Assembly: GCA_965197745.1 (NCBI GenBank)
Contig: CBDANS010000004.1
Span: 64,001 to 128,000 of the forward strand
Direction of reading: 5' to 3'
Length of the DNA stretch: 64,000 nt
Source of the DNA: Opitutales bacterium
Lineage (GTDB): Bacteria > Verrucomicrobiota > Verrucomicrobiia > Opitutales > PNEW01
The first letter of the stretch is position 1, and each line of letters begins with the position of its first letter. The notes beneath the pieces are model-generated. The model had not been told where the DNA came from, did no database searches, and was given only the letters and a program-made list of their open reading frames with translations. A program made the translations under genes and the position numbers. Shown piece by piece: positions 20,072 through 30,819 of the stretch.

Positions 20072-21838
20072 ATGTTAGCGAGAACACAACTCATATTGGT
20101 AGAATCCTTGAGAGATTATGGAAGCCTGGATGACACACAGGCTTCCGAGCTCATTGAATCTACGGGGTTGTCAGGAGCTGAAGTAGAAAAAATATTAGTT
20201 AATAATTATCAGGTTGAACCTTACCCCCTTCTCATGTCGAAAGCTAAAGCCTATAATCTTTCGCCATTTAATCCGGCCAATTTCAATGTCACTGACCAAT
20301 GTTTCACATTTGTTGATCTCGATTTTTGCAGTCAGAACAATATATTACCCCTGGGGGAGGTAGGAAGTTATTTTGCCATTGCCACAGCGGATCCGCTGAA
20401 CCCGACACTGAGAGCCAAGATAGAAGGGGCGACAAAAAAACCCTTTTACTTTCTCATCGCCTTAGCGGAGGATATAGAAGCCAAATTCGGCCAAAGTAAT
20501 GAGCCAAAGATGGACGCCAAAGTTGGATTCGGCGATGTCGTTGAAGCCCTGGGCATGGAATTTGATATTGACCGGGAAGAAATTGAAGAAAGTGATCTTG
20601 AAAGCGAAGAATCGGCACCGGTTATTCTTCTTGCTAATCGTATCGTTGAAGACGCTTATTTTTCCGGCGGAAGTGATATCCATATTGAACCATTTGAAAA
20701 ACAGACACGGGTTCGCGTGCGCATAGATGGTGTTTGTAAAGAAAGGCTCACCGTTCCCAAAACCATAGCGGCCTCACTTATTGCCCGTTTAAAAGTAATG
20801 GGAAACCTGGATGTTGCGGAACGCAGGCGGTCCCAGGATGGGAGAATAGTATTTAAAAATTTTAATAGAAAAGGCATCGATGTTGATCTTCGCATGTCCA
20901 CATCTCCTATGAATTATGGCGAAGGATGTGTGATGCGTCTGCTTGACAAGCAGAAGTCAACCCTGCCGCTGGAGGACTTGGGCTTTTCCGAACATAACCT
21001 CGATATTTATCGGAGTATTATTCAACGGCCTTATGGAATGATCCTTCACTGCGGCCCTACAGGTTCGGGTAAATCAATGACCCTCTATTCCGCCCTTAAT
21101 GAAATTAATCACCCCGGAGTGTGCATAAGAACAGCTGAAGATCCGATTGAATACACCCTCCCCGGTATCTGCCAGGTGCAGATGAATCGCAGGATAGGAG
21201 TGACATTTGCCACTGCGCTTCGATCTTTTCTCAGGCAGGACCCGGATATTTTACTGGTTGGAGAAATTCGAGACGCGGAAACCGCGCAGATTGCAGTAGA
21301 AGCGGCCTTAACGGGTCACCTTCTTTTCAGTACGCTGCACACTAACGATGCGGCAAGTGCGATTGCTCGAATAACGGAGATTGGGGTGGAGCCCTTTATG
21401 ATTTCGTCTTCTCTCCTTTGTGTATGCGCCCAACGATTATTGCGCCGTTTATGTGAATCCTGTAAACAAACCTATAAGGTTGAAGGGGAAGAAAAAGATA
21501 TTTTAGAACGTGCCATCAAATGGAGTGGTGATGTATTTCAACCAAAAGAATCGGGTTGTCCCAACTGCGGCGGATCGGGATACCGCGGACGGCTGGGCAT
21601 ACACGAATTAATGGCTGCCAATGAAGAGCTCGTACGCGGGATTAATATGGGTTTGGAATCCAGTCAGCTCAAAGGGATAGCGATAAGAAACGATATGAGA
21701 ACCTTACACCAAGACAGCATGGAAAAGGTTAAAATGGGATTTACCTCTATCGAGGAATGTGTCGCAACCGTGCCGCCTGATATCGAGGATATCGATTTAC
21801 TCCTGATGCAGGAAGAAATACAGGTAAAGGAAGCCTGA
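20072..21838 (+). CDS. GspE/PilB family assembly ATPase
   Basis: [48 protein letters not shown], tetra-Cys CESC/CPNC. Confidence 0.95.
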   Translation: MLARTQLILVESLRDYGSLDDTQASELIESTGLSGAEVEKILVNNYQVEPYPLLMSKAKAYNLSPFNPANFNVTDQCFTFVDLDFCSQNNILPLGEVGSYFAIATADPLNPTLRAKIEGATKKPFYFLIALAEDIEAKFGQSNEPKMDAKVGFGDVVEALGMEFDIDREEIEESDLESEESAPVILLANRIVEDAYFSGGSDIHIEPFEKQTRVRVRIDGVCKERLTVPKTIAASLIARLKVMGNLDVAERRRSQDGRIVFKNFNRKGIDVDLRMSTSPMNYGEGCVMRLLDKQKSTLPLEDLGFSEHNLDIYRSIIQRPYGMILHCGPTGSGKSMTLYSALNEINHPGVCIRTAEDPIEYTLPGICQVQMNRRIGVTFATALRSFLRQDPDILLVGEIRDAETAQIAVEAALTGHLLFSTLHTNDAASAIARITEIGVEPFMISSSLLCVCAQRLLRRLCESCKQTYKVEGEEKDILERAIKWSGDVFQPKESGCPNCGGSGYRGRLGIHELMAANEELVRGINMGLESSQLKGIAIRNDMRTLHQDSMEKVKMGFTSIEECVATVPPDIEDIDLLLMQEEIQVKEA

Positions 21839-21839
21839 T

Positions 21840-22634
21840 CTAATCAATCTCACCTGCACCATTCAGACTATTCATCCAGTTGATAAATAGATCCGGCCAC
21901 TTATGAGAATTTCCCTCTTTTAGACCCAGGCCAAAACCATGGCCGCCGGTGGCAAAAATGTGCATTTCGGCAGGGACCCCGACGGCACGTAGAGCCTGAA
22001 AATAGTCGGTACTGATATTAACAGCGCCCCCTGGCTCGTCGTTGGCGTGGACGATAAATGTAGGTGGAAATTCGGGTGTCACTTTTGATTTATCGTTTCC
22101 ATAAATCATACACATAAAATCAGGGCGTGAAGGGATTTGATCAATAGGATCATCGCTATTGGCTTCCTTATCATCTAAGAGTGCTGACGCGATATGACCA
22201 CCCGCGGAAAACCCCATAAATCCCGTACTCTGAGGATCTATCTTCCATTCTTTTGCCCGGCTTCTCGCTATTCTCATTGCCCGTCGGCCATCCAGTGAAG
22301 CAACACTGCGATCGTGCGGAGTAGTCCGATACTTGAGAACCAAGCCAGCAACCCCCTTTGTCGTCAGCCATTTTGCCACGTTGTGTCCCTCCTTATCAAT
22401 CGCGAGATATTTAAAACCGCCGCCGGGACAGACTATTATGGCCGTTCCTGTATTAATGTCTTCCGGGGGCAGATATACAGTCAGTGAAGGCAGGTAAACA
22501 TTATGGATGGCGCGATCAAGTTTTGTGTCGCCTCGGTGGACCACAGCTTCTTTTTTCCCCGTATCTATTGTTCCCGGGGCGCCATCAAGCCAGAGAGGCA
22601 CGGTTTGGGGTTCAATCTCTGTCATTGTGCTCAT
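21840..22634 (-). CDS. Alpha/beta hydrolase (acetylxylan esterase-like)
   Basis: CPGGG oxyanion motif, GFSAGG nucleophile, GGHGFG; RBS GAGGAGG upstream of 22634. Confidence 0.88.
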   Translation of the reverse strand: MSTMTEIEPQTVPLWLDGAPGTIDTGKKEAVVHRGDTKLDRAIHNVYLPSLTVYLPPEDINTGTAIIVCPGGGFKYLAIDKEGHNVAKWLTTKGVAGLVLKYRTTPHDRSVASLDGRRAMRIARSRAKEWKIDPQSTGFMGFSAGGHIASALLDDKEANSDDPIDQIPSRPDFMCMIYGNDKSKVTPEFPPTFIVHANDEPGGAVNISTDYFQALRAVGVPAEMHIFATGGHGFGLGLKEGNSHKWPDLFINWMNSLNGAGEID

Positions 22635-22898
22635 TATTGATTCCTCCTCAATTATTTTACCCACGCAATAATACCTTACATTTTATGGCGTTTTATAACA
22701 GAAAAAATTGAGCTTATTTTTTCCTACTACAATAGGATTCTGTGAAATTCACAAAGAGGAACCGGGGCTGTGCCAACTCGATCTTCATCCTTAATTGCGA
22801 TTATAAATGCAGTTTATTATTACTTTACTGATTTAAACCTTAAGCTAGAATTGGGAATAACTATTTAGCGAAAACATTACCCCGGGTATGTTCATATT

Positions 22899-24326
22899 AT
22901 GCCACAGTCGCCTCAAATGGAATCCATAGAAACACGCACCGCAAGATTATGGGAAGCGCTTCTACCGGTTGTTCTCCTCGTCGTTTTTCTCAGCTATTAT
23001 ATTATCGAACTAAAAGGTGAAAACCCCCATTTACCGCTAATCGGTGGCACAATCATAGCGGGAATCATGGCTTGGCGGCTTGGACATAAGTGGGAAGCTA
23101 TCCAGGACGGCATCATCGGAGGGATCATGATTTCGATGCAAGCCATCATCATCCTTATGCTAATCGGTATGTTGATCAGCACCTGGATCGCAAGCGGCAT
23201 CGTGCCTACGATGATTTACTATGGACTGGAATTACTCTCACCCACTTACTTTTTCTTTGCCGCATGCATTATTTGTGCGATCGTTTCACTCGCTACCGGT
23301 AGTTCGTGGACAACGGCCGGGACTGTCGGTGTAGCCCTCATAGGGATAAGTGAAGGATTAGGTTTACCCTTACCGATAACTGCGGGAGCCATAATCTCAG
23401 GCGCTTATTTTGGGGATAAAATGTCTCCCCTCTCTGACAGCACAAATCTCGCTGCCGCTGTAGGAAATGCCGAATTGTTCGATCACATCCGGCACATGAT
23501 TTTCACGACATTACCGGCATTGTTAATCGCGCTAATCCTGTATCTGATATTAGGCTTGAATCTCAGTGTGGGACAGGCGGAGCAAACGAACGTGAGCGTC
23601 ATCCTCGAAACCCTGGAGAGAACTTTTACTATTCACTGGCTGCTTCTCACCCCTGTCTTGCTCGTAGTTTTAATTGTTTATTTGCGCATCGCGGCAATCC
23701 CCGCTCTGCTCGGTGGCATATTCCTGGGTAGTTTGATCGCGATGATCTTTCAAAATGTCTCTTTTGGTAATATCCTGGAAATTGCTCACTCCGGCTACAG
23801 GGGGCAAACCGAAGTACCGTCTGTTGATGAATTGCTCAACCGTGGAGGGCTTCAAAGTATGCTGTGGACCGTATCGCTCATCATTTGCGCCTTATCATTT
23901 GGAGGTGTGATGGAAAAATCGGGTATGTTAAAAGTGATCGCGTTTACGATTTTAAAGAAAGCGCATACAACAGGTTCTCTGGTTACCGCCACGGTGGCTA
24001 CCTGTATAGGATCAAATGTTGTCGCAGCTGATCAGTATCTTTCCCTGATTTTACCGGGGCGGATGTATCAAACAGCCTATGCTGATGCCGGACTTGCCTC
24101 AAAAAATCTTTCTCGCGTCCTCGAAGACAGTGGGACGCTGACCTCGCCTCTAATCCCCTGGAACACCTGCGGTGCCACAATGATTGCTACACTGGGCGTG
24201 GCTCCCTGGGTCTATGTGCCTTATTGTGTTTTAAATCTGATCACCCCTATTGTCTCGATCATCTATGGATTTACCGGAATTACGATGACCAAAGCGAAGG
24301 ACGATTCGACTCAGACATCAGCGTGA
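22899..24326 (+). CDS. nhaC: NhaC family Na+/H+ antiporter (members also transport amino acids)
   Basis: TGSSWTTAGTVG, GAYFGDKMSPLSDSTN, EDSGT, LIPWN. Confidence 0.9.
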   Translation: MPQSPQMESIETRTARLWEALLPVVLLVVFLSYYIIELKGENPHLPLIGGTIIAGIMAWRLGHKWEAIQDGIIGGIMISMQAIIILMLIGMLISTWIASGIVPTMIYYGLELLSPTYFFFAACIICAIVSLATGSSWTTAGTVGVALIGISEGLGLPLPITAGAIISGAYFGDKMSPLSDSTNLAAAVGNAELFDHIRHMIFTTLPALLIALILYLILGLNLSVGQAEQTNVSVILETLERTFTIHWLLLTPVLLVVLIVYLRIAAIPALLGGIFLGSLIAMIFQNVSFGNILEIAHSGYRGQTEVPSVDELLNRGGLQSMLWTVSLIICALSFGGVMEKSGMLKVIAFTILKKAHTTGSLVTATVATCIGSNVVAADQYLSLILPGRMYQTAYADAGLASKNLSRVLEDSGTLTSPLIPWNTCGATMIATLGVAPWVYVPYCVLNLITPIVSIIYGFTGITMTKAKDDSTQTSA

Positions 24327-24472
24327 GCAGAGTTAAATGGAAAACTCGCGGTCGCACTCTGTTGCGTCCGCTTAGAAACATGATTAATATTTAATAACTT
24401 GTACAGTGGCGAACGTTCGATTGAGCTGTAAACCTCATAATTCAGAGACTAAAAATACGCAACAGACATCCC

Positions 24473-24606
24473 CCTGGATTGCCGCGGCTGACAGGCAGCC
24501 TCGCAATGACAATAGAGGGTATACTGTAAGAGGATAATTAGAACATATTCACTGTAGATTTTTATGTCATTGCGAGTCCCGCGGCCGCGGGACGAAGCAA
24601 TCCAGG
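24473..24606. repeat. REP-like inverted pair, family B (TGTCATTGCGAG...GCAATCCAGG)
   Basis: 24473-24511 (minus) and 24565-24606 (plus) share flanks but have different inner hairpins; the second contains the palindrome GTCCCGCGGCCGCGGGAC. Confidence 0.85.
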
Positions 24607-24829
24607 CGAATAGTCATTGTCCCTACGAATACCAGTCTCCACTCAGGTTTTTCCAATTAGGATTCGTCTCTTCAATTAAGGAAATCTTCTATTTTCTAGA
24701 TCCGACTTTGATTTTCATTTCACGTGCGATCACATTATGAATATCATTAAAGACCCTGAGCTCATGCCGAAGAGAACTCGTCGATCACCGCGCACCTTAG
24801 TCAATGAATTAATACCCGAGTGAAGAGAA

Positions 24830-26020
24830 TTAATTTTTATCTTTATTTGAATCCGCATCACTCAAACGGTTATATTGCCTCAACAAATCAAGCAATCGAT
24901 CGTGGGGGAGTGCAAAAATTGTATTTTCATTAATACCCGCCATCGTTTCGGCAGCGATCAATGCGTTACTGATGGCTTCTTCCGTTGCCTGGATAGTCGC
25001 CTCGAAAATAGGATTTAAATTGTTATTTTTTAAAAATGATGCGTTCATCGTGCGATCTTCCTCGTCGTGATGTAATCGCGCCGTGGTAAAAGCAATAAAC
25101 AGGTCACCTGAAGAATTCATTGAAATACCGCCGGTTCGAGCGACCCCTAAGGTTATCCGTTTAGCTACGCGTTTAAGTTGATAAGGGAGCAGCGGCGCAT
25201 CCGTTGCCATGACGACAATAATAGATCCGTCTTTATCTTTCCGATTGTGCATTTCCGGCATAAGGTCGGTAATAGCTTTACCTACTGGCACTCCACTGAT
25301 GACGAGCTGAGAGCGACGGCCATAATTCGCCTGGACTAGAACTCCCACAGTGTAGCCTCCCTCGTCTTCAGGGAGGAGACGTGAGGCTGTTCCGATCCCA
25401 GCTTTAAACTGGAAAGCCACCATCCCGGTCCCTCCTCCAATATTGCCTTCTTCCAGTGGACCCGACCGTGCGGTATTTAAGGCATGAAAGGCATGCTTCT
25501 GTTTTAGATGAAAACCATTTATGTCGTTAAGGCGTCCATCCCAGGTTTCTGCTACAACCGGTAGGCTAACCGGATACCCATTTGGATCAGCTTTGAGTGA
25601 CCACGCCACGACTGCGTCAACAACAGTACCGACACTGTGCGTATTGGTTATCATGATCGGCCCTTCAAGAAATCCGGATTCCTCCAACCAGTGGCTCCCT
25701 GTCATTTCCCCATTGCCATTTAAAGAATAAATACTCGCAAAAACTTTTTCAAAATCTGCTTTACCGCGTGGTAGAACAGCAGTAACACCGGTGCGAACAG
25801 GACCTTTTCCCACTTTTAGAGTACCCTTCCCCTTTATTAATGTAGTGTGTCCGACCTCTATTCCGGCAACATCGGTGATCGCGTTCCATTGTCCGGTAAC
25901 ACCGTCAAAAGGAATACCCAGATCACGTGCGCGTGGTTTCCCCCATATGAGTAGAGGAATTAAACCTGCAGTGAGGTATAAGAAAACACGAAGGTAGCAG
26001 CGGGGATACTTTATGCACAT
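24830..26020 (-). CDS. DmpA/P1 (S58) aminopeptidase
   Basis: NAITDV.G..VGHTT, RTGVTA, NGNGEMTG, ETWDG, GGGTGM, autocleavage site DG/SIIVV, SGDLF. Confidence 0.92.
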   Translation of the reverse strand: MCIKYPRCYLRVFLYLTAGLIPLLIWGKPRARDLGIPFDGVTGQWNAITDVAGIEVGHTTLIKGKGTLKVGKGPVRTGVTAVLPRGKADFEKVFASIYSLNGNGEMTGSHWLEESGFLEGPIMITNTHSVGTVVDAVVAWSLKADPNGYPVSLPVVAETWDGRLNDINGFHLKQKHAFHALNTARSGPLEEGNIGGGTGMVAFQFKAGIGTASRLLPEDEGGYTVGVLVQANYGRRSQLVISGVPVGKAITDLMPEMHNRKDKDGSIIVVMATDAPLLPYQLKRVAKRITLGVARTGGISMNSSGDLFIAFTTARLHHDEEDRTMNASFLKNNNLNPIFEATIQATEEAISNALIAAETMAGINENTIFALPHDRLLDLLRQYNRLSDADSNKDKN

Positions 26021-26119
26021 TTACTATTTGAGGTTTCAAATATATTTGAACGAAAGTTGAGAGAAGGGAACTCCGAATGGATAATACTTTACCTGGTTAA
26101 AGACAATCAGATAAACTTT

Positions 26120-27286
26120 TCAACTGGGGCGTTTTTTCAGACTGTAAAGTATAAATGTTGCTGAAAGTCCTAAGAGAAACAATGCGGCTACGGCATAAGT
26201 TTCAGCCATGCTAAAGTAAAGGGTGAGCGGATGTGCGATAAGCGGCGAAGAAAACATGCCGAGGAATATGCAGGTTGTCATTCCCCCCACCGCTCTGCCA
26301 CGATAAATCTCAGGCGTAACCGCGTTTACCCATACCGTAACATTAGGCGCAAATAAACCGAAACCCAGGGACGTGGTAATGAGTCCGATAACCGCAACCC
26401 AATAACTTCCCGCAATATAGAGGATGAGGTAGCCAATGGCAACGATTATAAAAACAGCGAGGGAGATATGAATATAGCTGAATCGGCTTTTAATAGAACC
26501 GTAGCGTAAAGAAACAAAAGCGCTGATACAGATTGCTGATGAGAGAGCTAAACCCACTTTAGTACTGCTCGTGGTTTCAATTTCATTCATATAAAAGGGA
26601 AAGAGGACTACTTTGAGATAGAATATAGCCATCGTCATATAGATGAGTCCGTAAATAGAACCGAGTATTAAGAAAGGGAACTTTTCTTTGGGCTCTTCGC
26701 TCTGGATTGATTGCTCTTTTTCTTTTTTTTGCGGTTCATTGATGAAAATAGCAGCAGCAATAAAGATCAGAAAGGGAATGGCGTATATAAAAAAGGGAGC
26801 ACGCCAATGAATTTCCGCAAGGACACCACCCAAAGCCAGAAAGAGCGTAGAACCAAAACTGGTAAAAGAAAATTGATACCCCATTAGTTTATGGCGTTTT
26901 TCATCTTCATAATAATCGGCTATGAGGGTCACGCAGGTGGTCATTGTCCCTGCGGCGGATAAGCCCAATAAGGCTCTTCCAATCATTAAAAGATAAAGAG
27001 AATCCAAGTAGCAACCGGTAGTGCCTCCCAGTCCATATAAAAAGATAGCACAGAGTAGAAGTTTCTTCCGTCCATATTTATCGACTATGAATCCGGCGAG
27101 AGGGGCACCGATGGCGGTAAACAGGCCCGGTGTCGTAAGGAAAAGCCTGACCAACAATCCCGCATGAGGAACATCCTGAAAATGCTCAAGGATTTTTGGC
27201 ATTGCAGGAATGACCACACCTCCACCCATTCCCGCAATACTGCTGGCTAAGAGTAGGGTAATTAAGCATGGCATACCTTTTTTCAT
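26120..27286 (-). CDS. MFS transporter
   Basis: 12 TM pattern; motif A GFIVDKYGRKK; WRAPF. Confidence 0.9.
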   Translation of the reverse strand: MKKGMPCLITLLLASSIAGMGGGVVIPAMPKILEHFQDVPHAGLLVRLFLTTPGLFTAIGAPLAGFIVDKYGRKKLLLCAIFLYGLGGTTGCYLDSLYLLMIGRALLGLSAAGTMTTCVTLIADYYEDEKRHKLMGYQFSFTSFGSTLFLALGGVLAEIHWRAPFFIYAIPFLIFIAAAIFINEPQKKEKEQSIQSEEPKEKFPFLILGSIYGLIYMTMAIFYLKVVLFPFYMNEIETTSSTKVGLALSSAICISAFVSLRYGSIKSRFSYIHISLAVFIIVAIGYLILYIAGSYWVAVIGLITTSLGFGLFAPNVTVWVNAVTPEIYRGRAVGGMTTCIFLGMFSSPLIAHPLTLYFSMAETYAVAALFLLGLSATFILYSLKKRPS

Positions 27287-27412
27287 TGAATTTTCAGAAA
27301 GATTTCGAAGTTACATTAATGACTATAAAATTGGCGAAAAAAGGTTAAGGGCATAGCATCCTCACGGAGGTATGTAATTTGCCTGAATACGGGTACACGA
27401 ACAGATACTTCA

Positions 27413-28828
27413 CTACGCAATAACAGGTTTTTTCTTCCAAAATTCCGTAGCCTGCTCAAAGGCGTAAGCCAACTGTAATACACCGAGATCATCATGGTGA
27501 CGACCCACGATTTGAACGCCAACGGGGAGTCCATCAGAAGTGAAACCACAGGGCACTGAAATTGCCGGCAATCCTGTAACCGTTATATAATAACAGGATT
27601 TCATCCATTCGATATAGTTATCCATCTTTACTCCGTTGATTTCAGTAATATATCGTTGCTTTGCATCAAAGGGAGGAACCTGGTTTACGGGAAGAATGAG
27701 AAATTCGTGATGCTGCATGAATTCTCTTACCCGGTGGTAAAGTTCGGTTCGCATGATTTCTGCTTTTCCAATTTGCGAGCCGCTTAATTTTTTACCTTCT
27801 TCGATATTCCAAATTACGGTTTCTTTGATCTGCTCTCGGTGTTCATCGATTAAGTCTCCATAGGTTAATTCAAATTTCCAGGCTCGCCATACGATGAAGG
27901 CCTCATCCGCTCCTGAAAAATCGGGTTCGCCGTCGATGATATCGCAACCGAGTGTCTCGAACACGTGCCGTTGGCCGTCAATCACCTCAGTGACTCGGGG
28001 ATCTACTGGAAGCCCACCCAGATCGCGACTCCAGGCGATAGACACATTTTTAAAGTCTCGTTTTAAGGATTGCGTGAAAGTATGACCCGGTTCGCTTATG
28101 GCGATGGGGGAGCGAGGGTCCGGTCCTGCGATCACACTCAACATGGTAGCAACATCTTCAACGGTGCGCGCCATGGGTCCCTGCACGGCGAGTGGATACC
28201 AACCAGCAAGCGTGGGCCAAACGGGGACTCTCCCCGGTGAAGGACGAAACCCAACGACGTTACAAAAATTAGCGGGGTTGCGCAACGATCCCCCTAAGTC
28301 ACTTCCATCGGCAATCGGTTGCATCCCGCAAGCGAGGGCAACGGCGGCACCGCCGCTGCTTCCTCCGCACGTTTTAGTGGTATCATAAGGATTGAGGGTT
28401 TCTCCAAACACAGAATTATAAGTTTGAGAACCGGCACCGAATTCAGGGGTGTTCGTTTTTCCGAGGGTGATTGCACCGGCCTTTTTTAAACGTTCGACAA
28501 TCAAAGCATCTTCATCCGGAATGAAATCCTTGAAAATGGGAGATCCTGATGTAGTGCGTATTCCTTTCGTTGAGACCAGATCCTTATGTGCCACAGGAAT
28601 TCCGTGGAGTGGCCCTGCGGATTCACCTCGGGCCAGTCTTTCATCAGCGGCGGCAGCCTGTTTAATTGCCTCCTCGGGAAGGAGGGTAATAATGGCATTA
28701 ACTTTAGGATTTACCCGGTCAATTTGAGCCAGGTGAGCATTCATTACTTCTCTTGCGGAAATTTTCTTTGAAGAGAGGAGACGGGCCAATTCGGTGGCGG
28801 TATAGAAACATATTTCAGGACTGGACAC
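27413..28828 (-). CDS. Amidase signature family enzyme
   Basis: HKDL, GKTNTPEF, GGSSGGAA, GSDLGGSLRNPA. Confidence 0.93.
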   Translation of the reverse strand: MSSPEICFYTATELARLLSSKKISAREVMNAHLAQIDRVNPKVNAIITLLPEEAIKQAAAADERLARGESAGPLHGIPVAHKDLVSTKGIRTTSGSPIFKDFIPDEDALIVERLKKAGAITLGKTNTPEFGAGSQTYNSVFGETLNPYDTTKTCGGSSGGAAVALACGMQPIADGSDLGGSLRNPANFCNVVGFRPSPGRVPVWPTLAGWYPLAVQGPMARTVEDVATMLSVIAGPDPRSPIAISEPGHTFTQSLKRDFKNVSIAWSRDLGGLPVDPRVTEVIDGQRHVFETLGCDIIDGEPDFSGADEAFIVWRAWKFELTYGDLIDEHREQIKETVIWNIEEGKKLSGSQIGKAEIMRTELYHRVREFMQHHEFLILPVNQVPPFDAKQRYITEINGVKMDNYIEWMKSCYYITVTGLPAISVPCGFTSDGLPVGVQIVGRHHDDLGVLQLAYAFEQATEFWKKKPVIA

Positions 28829-28999
28829 AAAAAAACCTTTGTAAGTGGATTATAATAAGGTGACTCCAATCAGGAAATGCGGATTACCATGACTGCCACA
28901 ACAAGAAAAAGTAAAATTTTAATACCAGTAACTCTGAATAGGGTCTCTTAGTAGACACCATCACTCCTATGACTGCGGCGAGCGTGGACAAACTGAAAT

Positions 29000-29752
29000 T
29001 TAATCAAGACCTAACAGCCGACTGGCATTTCCCCCCAGCACGAGCCGTTTAGCATCATCCGAAATCTCAGCCGTGATGATTTTTCCTATTTGCGCGCGTG
29101 GGTCCATAACCGGGATATCCGAGCCATAGAGTACCCGATCGGCGCCCGCTTCATTCACCAACTGCTCAATCACCCCCGGCGTGCGAAAAGTTGAACAGGT
29201 TTCCAGATAGATGTTGGGATGGGCTTGTGCTCCGGCGATGGCGTCAGCCCGTTCCTCAGCGACATTACCAGAGTGCCCGGCAACAAATTTCGCATTGGGA
29301 TAATCGGGGGCCAGTTTAGCCAGGTATCGCGTGTGATTTTGCCATTCGACACCGGTATGAAAAAGTATGGCCAATCCGCGTTCATGGGCGAATTCATAAA
29401 TGGGATGCCAGGGGGGCTTATAAATTTCGCATGTGGTATATGGCGGATAGACTTTTATTGCGCGAAATTTTAACTCATCAATGGCTCGATTGAGTTCCGG
29501 GACCATCCTTTCGGGCATTTCCGGCGAGACGACGGCATAACCGATAAAACGATCGGGGTACTTGCCGATGAACGCGGCTGCCTTATCATTGCCGGTGGTC
29601 CCGTCAGGATAGAATGTGTTAAAGAGACAGGATATATCTATCCCCGCAGAGTCCATGGCGTGAAGCATAATCTCCTGACTATAATTATTGCCCCATTTGT
29701 CCCATCGGCCGACGTGTCCATGAAAATCTATAACTTTAACTCCATCAATCAT
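29000..29752 (-). CDS. Amidohydrolase_2-type metal-dependent hydrolase
   Basis: DFHGH, FHTG, GHSG and YGSD.P metal/catalytic motifs intact. Confidence 0.88.
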   Translation of the reverse strand: MIDGVKVIDFHGHVGRWDKWGNNYSQEIMLHAMDSAGIDISCLFNTFYPDGTTGNDKAAAFIGKYPDRFIGYAVVSPEMPERMVPELNRAIDELKFRAIKVYPPYTTCEIYKPPWHPIYEFAHERGLAILFHTGVEWQNHTRYLAKLAPDYPNAKFVAGHSGNVAEERADAIAGAQAHPNIYLETCSTFRTPGVIEQLVNEAGADRVLYGSDIPVMDPRAQIGKIITAEISDDAKRLVLGGNASRLLGLD

Positions 29753-30519
29753 GATTTACCTGCGCTCTCTAAAATGCGTTCGAGATTACCTGAGCAGACA
29801 AGCTTCAATTCATCATCGCTCAAATTAGTATGGTGAAGATAAAAAAGCATCGGCCCCATGATATAACGGGTGTAATACGAACCGTATACCAATCGTTCGA
29901 CCCCAAATTCATCCCGTAAGGCTTCGATTTCTCCAAGGGGTTCGTAGCGACTCAATTCGAGGTAAGCGTTAGGGAGTGCTTTCATCGCGGGGCGCACCCA
30001 TAATCCATGACGATAATGGGCACCTACGATCACCGTTACGAGATTGGGATAATCCTGTAGGGTAGTTACGATATCTTCATTTTCAGTTTCTAATAGGGAG
30101 ATCCAAAGGGGAATATGGTTTTCACTGAACCAGGTGAGAAGGGAATGGTAACCCCATGATTTAAAGGTCAAACCCGATTGATGGATAGTATCGTGTATAT
30201 GCAGTCGAGCACAATTGACCCTTCCTTTAGCGTGTAGATCTTTAATTTGATCGAGTGAGTGTTCGGATGAGAGCACCGACCACAACGGTTGCAGCCGCCC
30301 CTCATTTCCCAACCAGGTTTCAAGATCCATGTTACCTTCTATGGGGCTGCGGTGTTCTCCCTGTGCATGGTAAACGAGGGCTCGCTCAACAGCATGTCGG
30401 TCCATTTCAGCAAGTAATTCGTCACGGTTACGGCAGGGGCAAACTTCTTCAGGGCGGTCTCCAACCCTGACGTTGGCATCAAATACAGGCACCCGTGCTC
30501 TAAAATTCAGAGTCGTCAT
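29749..30519 (-). CDS. Amidohydrolase-fold protein with degenerate metal ligands
   Basis: FDANVRVG in place of DxHxH and YGSYY in place of GSD; PNAYLELS; 4-bp ATGA overlap with the next gene. Confidence 0.75.
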   Translation of the reverse strand: MTTLNFRARVPVFDANVRVGDRPEEVCPCRNRDELLAEMDRHAVERALVYHAQGEHRSPIEGNMDLETWLGNEGRLQPLWSVLSSEHSLDQIKDLHAKGRVNCARLHIHDTIHQSGLTFKSWGYHSLLTWFSENHIPLWISLLETENEDIVTTLQDYPNLVTVIVGAHYRHGLWVRPAMKALPNAYLELSRYEPLGEIEALRDEFGVERLVYGSYYTRYIMGPMLFYLHHTNLSDDELKLVCSGNLERILESAGKS

Positions 30520-30819
30520 AGATAACTGGTATAATTTAGAATGACTTAGACAGGGTGAAGTATAAATTTCAAGGTGGAATTAATTTGCGGGGGTTTGTTC
30601 CCACCCGACGACGTGGATCGATCCTATCAATTACGCCTATTATCTATAGCGGTTCCAGTCTTTCTATGAATTTTCAGGATCCATGTGATTTTTTGTATTT
30701 TATTCCTGCTTTCCTCGAATAGTTAGAATACAGTTCCTGAGGTCGAGATTTACTCGACCCGAGGATTATAAGTAATGAAAAGAAAACGGGTTGAATCAGG
30801 GTAAGGGGAAACGGAAAAT

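Noticed and set aside
22741..22753. TGTGA-AAT-TCACA palindrome as a CRP/FNR site
   Set aside because: Spacer is 3 bp rather than 6; single occurrence.
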